A stretch of 64,000 bases of DNA from an uncultured Chloroflexia bacterium. Its GTDB lineage: Bacteria > Chloroflexota > Anaerolineae > Anaerolineales > E44-bin32. The notes below the pieces were generated by a model. The model saw nothing but the letters and a program-made list of their open reading frames with translations, was not told where the DNA came from and did no database searches. Position 1 is the first letter of the stretch; every line of letters starts with the position of its first letter. The DNA lies in NCBI GenBank assembly GCA_963818575.1, contig CAWFSV010000013.1:172233-236232 (forward strand), read 5' to 3'. The position numbers and the translations under genes were made by a program. Positions 58,977 through 64,000 of this stretch are shown here, piece by piece.

Positions 58977-59747
58977 GTGGGAGCCGCTCCGCCAGTGACC
59001 TCTCTTCGTCAGGCCGCTGAACTGCTGCGCGCCGCCCGCCGCCCGACGGCGCTCACCGGCGCGGGGATCTCCACGCCTTCGGGCATCCCGGACTTTCGGT
59101 CGCACGGCTCGGGCCTGTGGGACCAGTACGACCCGATGCAGGTCGCCTCGCTGACCTCCTTCCGCTACCAGCCGGAGGGGTTCTTCGCCTGGATCCGGCC
59201 ATTGGCCGAGCGGATCCTGCTTGCCGAGCCGAACCCGGCCCATCTTGCGCTGGCGCGGCTGGAAGCTGCCGGCCGCCTGGCCGGTGTGGTCACCCAGAAC
59301 ATCGACGGCCTGCACCGGCGCGCCGGCTCGGTCTGCGTCTTCGAGATCCACGGTCACTTGCGGACCGCAACATGCGGCTCCTGCTACCGGCAATCGGCGA
59401 CCGACGGGCTGCTGGCCGAATTCGCACAAACCGGCGCCCCGCCCCTGTGCCGGTCGTGCGGCGGGGTGCTCAAGCCGGACGTCGTCCTGTTCGGCGAACA
59501 GCTCCCGCACCGAATCGTGAAGCAGGCCGAGCGGCTGCTGGCGAGCAGCGACCTGCTCCTGGTTGCCGGCTCGTCTCTCGAGGTGACTCCGGCGGCGCTG
59601 CTTCCGCAGCGCGCGCTGGAAGTCGGCGCCCGATTGATCATCGTCAACCGCGAGCCGACGTACCTGGACGTCCGCGCCGATGTCGTCCTGCACGAGGATG
59701 TGATCGACGTTCTGCCGCCGCTGGCGGACGAGGTGCTCCGTGACTGA
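58977..59747 (+). CDS. cobB: NAD-dependent protein deacylase (Sir2/CobB family)
   Basis: GAGISTPSGIPDFRS, TQNIDGLH, EIHG, Zn site CGSC..CRSCGG, VLFGE, GSSLEV. GTG start at 58977, 14 nt after the upstream stop. Confidence 0.88.
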   Translation: MGAAPPVTSLRQAAELLRAARRPTALTGAGISTPSGIPDFRSHGSGLWDQYDPMQVASLTSFRYQPEGFFAWIRPLAERILLAEPNPAHLALARLEAAGRLAGVVTQNIDGLHRRAGSVCVFEIHGHLRTATCGSCYRQSATDGLLAEFAQTGAPPLCRSCGGVLKPDVVLFGEQLPHRIVKQAERLLASSDLLLVAGSSLEVTPAALLPQRALEVGARLIIVNREPTYLDVRADVVLHEDVIDVLPPLADEVLRD

Positions 59748-60967
59748 TGGTGACAGGCGCTCCGATCGCGAGCTCTCGGCGATCCGCAACTATCCTCTGC
59801 TGGTCCGCCGCTATGCTCGCTTGCTGGAGGTGACGACCGATCTGGCCTCGCGGCTCGACCTGGAGAACCTGCTGCAGCGCATTGTCGAGGCCGCGCAGGA
59901 GCTCACCGATTGCGAAGCCGCCTCGCTCCTGATGTACGACGCCCAATCGCAGCAGCTGTATTTCGAAGCCGCCACCAACGAGCTGGCTGCCGGCGTCGGC
60001 CGGCAGACGGTTCCCACCGAGCGGAGCATCGCCGGCTGGGTCTTCACCCACGGCGAACCGCTGGTGGTCGACGATGCGCTCACCGACCCGCGCTTCTTCC
60101 GCGAACTCGACGTGCTGACCCAGTTCCGCACGCAGTCGGTGCTGGGCGTGCCGCTGCGGACGCAGTACAAGACGCTGGGCGTGATCGAGGCGATCAACAA
60201 GCGCAAGGCTCCGTTCGACGATCAGGATGTGCGCCTGCTGCAGGCGCTGGCCGCTCAGGCGGCGATCGCCATCGAAAACAGCCGGCTGTTCCAGCAGAGC
60301 GACGTGGTGTCGGAGATCGTGCATGAGCTGCGCACGCCGCTGGCGGCGCTGATGGCCGCCGCCTACTTGCTCCAGCGGCCCGATCTTCCGAAGGAAGAGC
60401 ACCAGCGGCTGGGCGAGTCGATCTACACCGAAGTTCGGCGGTTGAACGAGATGGCGACAGATTTCCTCGAGCTGGCGCGCCTGGAGTTCCGGACGGACTC
60501 GGTTCACACGCGAACCGGTCGACCTGGCCGGCCTGGTGCGGGAGTGTCTGGAGGTCATTCGTCCTCAGGCGGAGGCGGATCGCATTCGCCTCGAAACGCA
60601 GATCGATGCCGGCCTTGGCCCGGTGCACGGCGATCGCAACCGGCTCAAGCAGGTCGTCCTGAACCTGCTGACGAATGCCATCAAGTACAACCAGAAGGGT
60701 GGTCTGGTCCGCGTCTCGATCGCCGCCGAGCCGTCTCTGGCTGTGCTGTCGGTTACCGATACGGGCCGGGGGATCCCGCCCGAGAGCCTGCCGCGCGTTT
60801 TCGATCGCTTCTACCGGGTGCCGGATCAGGAGGCGGCGACGGCCGGCACCGGGTTGGGACTGGCCATCGCCAAGCGCATTGTCGAGTCAAACCGGGGGAC
60901 GATCGAAGTCTCCAGCCAGATGGGCCAAGGGAGTACCTTCACCGTCCGGCTGCCTTCCTCTCCTTAG
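59740..60967 (+). CDS. Cytoplasmic GAF-domain histidine kinase; frame-shifted near ~60505
   Basis: GAF part (..SIAGWVFTHGEPLVVDD..VLGVPL..GVIEAINK..), H-box VSEIVHELRTPLAAL, then in the second frame ..LLTNAIKYN..DTGRGIP..GTGLGLAIAK... The start overlaps cobB by 8 nt. Confidence 0.85.
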
Positions 60968-61036
60968 AGTTGCGCTGGAGATGCCGAGAGAGGCGCCGGA
61001 GGAGGGACTCCGGACGGTCCTGTTCTCCGCGGGCCC

Positions 61037-62761
61037 TTAGCCGCGTCGCCCGAATTGCCGCTCCAGCGTGTCCACCGAAAGATGGATCATCGTCGGGCGG
61101 CCGTGGGGGCAGGCACGCGGCATGGCGCAAGCTTCCAGATCCCGCACCAGCTGTTCCTGTTCGGCCAGCGAGAGCACCTGACCGGCTTTGACCGCCGCCC
61201 GCTTGCACACCCGAGCCGCCAGACGCGCTTCGACCACATCGGCCAGCGGGGTTTCATCCTCTTCGAAGTCCTCGATCACCGCCCGCAGCGCGTGGGCGGC
61301 GGGCAAATGGGCGAGGAGCGGCGGGACGGAGCGGACGCGATAGGCGCTCGGCCCGAAGCCTTCCACTTCGAATCCCAATCCCCTCAGCACCTCCAGCTGC
61401 CCCTCCAGGGCTTGTGCCTCGGCGGGTGAGAGTTCCACGATCACCGGCTCGAGCAGTGACTGGGAGGCCGCCCCGGATGGCTGAACCTGCAGGAGCTTCT
61501 CGAACAGGATGCGTTCATGGGCGGCGTGCTGGTCGATGAGATACACGCCGTCCGGCCCTTCGGCCACCAGGTAGGTGGCGCCCACCTGGCCGACGCTGCG
61601 CAGCAAGGGCAGCCCACTCGCCGGCAGGCCCGGCTGTTCCGCAATGCCCGGCGGCCGTCCCTCCGGACCCGCAGCGTGTGCAATGGCCCAGGCCGGATCC
61701 GACGCCTGCGCCGCGGCGGATCCTGTCCACCCCGCGCCCCACGTCGCAGGCAGGACGAGGGCCGGCGCCGGCGCCTGGCCCAGGAGAGTCGCCCGTACCG
61801 CTCGCTGGAGCGTGGCGAACACCACCTCCGGCTCACGGAAGCGAACCTCGGCCTTCGCCGGATGCACGTTGACGTCGACCGATTCGGGTGCCACGGTCAG
61901 GAACAGGGCGGCGATCGGGAATCGCCCGACCATCAGCAGACCCTGATAGGCCTGCACGACCGCCGCCGTCAACGACGCGTCCAGGATCCATCGGCCGTTG
62001 AGGAAGAGCGTGACCTCGCGTCGGTTCGAGCGGTGCACGGACGGAGGACTGATGTAGCCCTCCACCCGGACGCCGCGCCCTTCGGCTTGCGGGAGGGCGA
62101 CCATCTCGCGAGCGATCTCCAGGCCAAAGACCGCCGTGAGCACTTCGCGTCGATCCCCGCTTCCGGACGAGGCGAAGACCGGGCGCCCCTCGTGCGATAG
62201 GTTGAAGCGCACTTGCGGATAGGCGAGCGCATAGCGCGTCACCAGCGTCAGGATTCGGCGGCGTTCGGTCTCCTCCGATTTGAGGAACTTCTGGCGAGCC
62301 GGGACGTTGAAGAACAGGTCGCGGACACGGACGACGGTCCCGGCGGGCGCTCCGACCGCTTCCGTCCGGCCCTCGTTCCCTCCCTGAATGCGGAGCCGTG
62401 TCCCACCCGGCTCCTGCCGGGCCCGCGAGGTCAATTCCAGATGTGCGACGGCGGCGATCGACGCCAGGGCTTCGCCTCGGAAGCCGAGCGTACGGATGGC
62501 GAACAAGTCGTCGATCGTGCGCAGCTTGGAGGTCGCATGTCGCTCCACAGCCAGCGGCACCTCCGCCGCCGGAATCCCTTCACCGTCGTCGGAGACCTCG
62601 ACCAGGCGTCGCCCTCCCCCCTCGATGCGCACCCCGATCGAGCTCGCCCCGGCGTCCAGGGCGTTCTCGACCAGCTCCTTGACGACCGACGCCGGCCGCT
62701 CGATCACTTCCCCAGCGGCAATCGCCGAGGCAACTTCAGGAGGCAGGACCTGTATCGTCAC
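61037..62761 (-). CDS. mutL: DNA mismatch repair protein MutL
   Basis: From VTIQVLPPEVASAIAAGEVIERPASVVKELVENALDAG, DDGEGI, GFRGEALASI. C-terminus ACPHGRPT. GTG 62761 follows GGGGAG. TATAAT on the minus strand lies at 62789..62784. Confidence 0.92.
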   Translation of the reverse strand: MTIQVLPPEVASAIAAGEVIERPASVVKELVENALDAGASSIGVRIEGGGRRLVEVSDDGEGIPAAEVPLAVERHATSKLRTIDDLFAIRTLGFRGEALASIAAVAHLELTSRARQEPGGTRLRIQGGNEGRTEAVGAPAGTVVRVRDLFFNVPARQKFLKSEETERRRILTLVTRYALAYPQVRFNLSHEGRPVFASSGSGDRREVLTAVFGLEIAREMVALPQAEGRGVRVEGYISPPSVHRSNRREVTLFLNGRWILDASLTAAVVQAYQGLLMVGRFPIAALFLTVAPESVDVNVHPAKAEVRFREPEVVFATLQRAVRATLLGQAPAPALVLPATWGAGWTGSAAAQASDPAWAIAHAAGPEGRPPGIAEQPGLPASGLPLLRSVGQVGATYLVAEGPDGVYLIDQHAAHERILFEKLLQVQPSGAASQSLLEPVIVELSPAEAQALEGQLEVLRGLGFEVEGFGPSAYRVRSVPPLLAHLPAAHALRAVIEDFEEDETPLADVVEARLAARVCKRAAVKAGQVLSLAEQEQLVRDLEACAMPRACPHGRPTMIHLSVDTLERQFGRRG

Positions 62762-62811
62762 GGCACGGCTCCCCGTCTGGCCGATTATAGTGCCGCGCCA
62801 ACCCGGACGGG

Positions 62812-62841
62812 TTGACACCCCCGTCGCGCGTGGCCTATACT
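62812..62841 (+). promoter_or_regulatory. Promoter TTGACA-18-TATACT placing the transcription start at or next to GTG 62848
   Basis: ttgaca at 62812-62817 (mis-read by the ORF track as a TTG start) and tatact at 62836-62841, followed by 6 nt and then the GTG. Confidence 0.6.
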
Positions 62842-62847
62842 GCCCCC

Positions 62848-63786
62848 GTGGACTGGCCGACGACCATCCTGCTGGCAACCCTCCTGTTTCTGCTCGGGCT
62901 GGTCGCGGTGCGCAGCGAGCGACGCCTGCGCCGCTGGATCATCCTCCTGCTTCCCGTCCCGAGCGTCTACCTGATCGTGCGGTGGGCCGCATACCGTCAG
63001 GCCTGGATCGAGGCCGCCGTCGCCGCGCTGATTGCCCTGACCGCCCTGGGCGTTTGGTGGCGGCTCTATGGCCGTCGTCTGCCTCGTTCCGGCCAGCTCG
63101 ATCCGCGTGTGGTCCAAGGACGATCCGTTTTGATCGATTGGCGGGTGGTCTTCCTCGATCTGGACGACACGTTGTATCCCCCATCCAGCGGAGTATGGGA
63201 TGCCATCGGCGCGCGGATCCAGGACTTTGTCATGGACCGGCTGGGGCTGGGCTTCGAAGAGGCGAAGGCCTTGCGCCGCCGCTACTTCGACGAGTACGGC
63301 ACGACGCTGAATGGCCTGTGGCACCACCATGCCATCGACCCGACCGACTACCTGTCCTACGTCCACGCTGTCCCCCTCGAGGAAATGATCCAACCTGATC
63401 CGGAGCTGGCTTCGATGCTCCGCAATCTCCCGCAGAAGCGGATCGTCTTCACCAACGCCAACCGTCAGCATGCCGAGCGGGTCTTGAGTTGTCTGGGGGT
63501 GTCGGCGCACATCGACGCCATTCTCGACCTGTTCGCCCTGGAGATGACCAACAAGCCGAAGCAGGCGGCGTACACGCGCGCCCTTGCCTTGGCCGGCGAA
63601 ACCGATCCGCGCGCCTGCGTGCTCGCCGATGATCTGCCCCGCAACCTCGTCCCGGCCGGCGCCATGGGGATGACGACCGTCCTCGTCGGCCCCGCCCAGC
63701 AGGACGGGGCAGCCGATTACCGCATCGGACGGATCACCGATCTGACGCGGGCACTTCCCGGCCTGGTGACACATGACCATCGATAA
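62848..63786 (+). CDS. HAD-superfamily hydrolase (pyrimidine 5'-nucleotidase/SDT1-like) with an N-terminal 3-TM segment
   Basis: VVFLDLDDTLYP (motif I), VFTNANRQHA, KPKQAAY, LADDLPRNL. The N-terminal ~90 aa are hydrophobic helices. The start is uncertain. Confidence 0.78.
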   Translation: MDWPTTILLATLLFLLGLVAVRSERRLRRWIILLLPVPSVYLIVRWAAYRQAWIEAAVAALIALTALGVWWRLYGRRLPRSGQLDPRVVQGRSVLIDWRVVFLDLDDTLYPPSSGVWDAIGARIQDFVMDRLGLGFEEAKALRRRYFDEYGTTLNGLWHHHAIDPTDYLSYVHAVPLEEMIQPDPELASMLRNLPQKRIVFTNANRQHAERVLSCLGVSAHIDAILDLFALEMTNKPKQAAYTRALALAGETDPRACVLADDLPRNLVPAGAMGMTTVLVGPAQQDGAADYRIGRITDLTRALPGLVTHDHR

Positions 63787-64000
63787 GCGCATCGATCTTG
63801 ACGCGGCGGTGCATCTCGTCTCGACGGGAGCCAGCCTTGCCCTTGGCGGCGTGACGTTGTACCGGCGGCCCATGGCCTTCACGCTGGCGCTGATGCGGCG
63901 ATTCGCGGCGGAGTCCGAGCCGGGCGGCCTCACGCTGCTCCCGTTCACCGGGGGCCTGGAGACCGATCTGCTGATTTCGGCCGGGATGGTGCGCCAGGTG
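63773..64000 (+). CDS. CoA-transferase subunit A-like protein (3' end outside the window)
   Basis: MTIDKRIDLDAAVHLVSTGASLALGGVTLYRRPMAFTLALMR.. resembles the N-terminus of glutaconate/3-oxoacid CoA-transferase A subunits. It overlaps the HAD gene by 14 nt. Confidence 0.55.
   Translation, partial: MTIDKRIDLDAAVHLVSTGASLALGGVTLYRRPMAFTLALMRRFAAESEPGGLTLLPFTGGLETDLLISAGMVRQV

Noticed and set aside
58977-59747. The Sir2-domain protein as an anti-phage NADase effector (Thoeris ThsA / DSR-type)
   Set aside because: At ~256 aa it is the size of a housekeeping CobB-type sirtuin, with the full GAGIS..QNID..HG catalytic set and a CxxC..CxxC zinc module. It has no SLOG/TIR/pAgo partner or N-terminal sensor domain. 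Its operon neighbours are signalling proteins.

Overview
High-GC (about two-thirds G+C by eye) bacterial chromosomal segment. Several traits suggest a Chloroflexota-like organism, though this is inference only: PT-rich linkers on secreted proteins, an RRM protein next to a CarD/CdnL-like gene, yabE-ksgA synteny, and near-leaderless starts behind isolated TATAAT boxes. I support about 60 protein genes, tRNA-Sec, tRNA-Ser and a small SRP RNA that the ORF track cannot show. I also report several consensus sigma70-type promoters and intrinsic terminators, and a family of GC-rich hairpin repeats filling two intergenic gaps. I saw no transposase, integrase, prophage, CRISPR array or cas gene. Housekeeping content: moeA, kamA, rsmA/ksgA, rpsT, argS, dinB, cca, hpt, tdk, rpmE, rpmA, rplU, rpoC (without rpoB) and mutL. 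There is also a cell-envelope remodelling block (G5/3D protein, L,D-transpeptidase, beta-propeller protein, M23 peptidase, LysM lipoprotein, polysaccharide deacetylase), sugar enzymes (GH1, GH36, SIS/PfkB pair) and several two-component genes. The most interesting observations are: (1) a LysW-type zinc-ribbon carrier-like protein paired with a Ddl-type (not LysX/RimK-type) ATP-grasp ligase, upstream of lysine 2,3-aminomutase; (2) ribosomal protein L31 fused to an RNA-polymerase alpha-CTD-like domain; (3) an operon joining a REC-TadZ/CpaE-like pseudo-ATPase, a sirtuin and a GAF histidine kinase, divergent from a large membrane histidine kinase; (4) a stand-alone rpoC with a perfect TTGACA-16-TATAAT promoter; (5) tRNA-Sec. 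Major caveat: roughly 30 single-base frame changes interrupt about 17 otherwise well-conserved genes, including essential argS and rsmA, while about 30 kb of other genes (rpoC, the 1090-aa kinase, GH36) are intact. These are most likely assembly indels rather than biology. Coordinates of the affected genes are full-span reconstructions made by eye.
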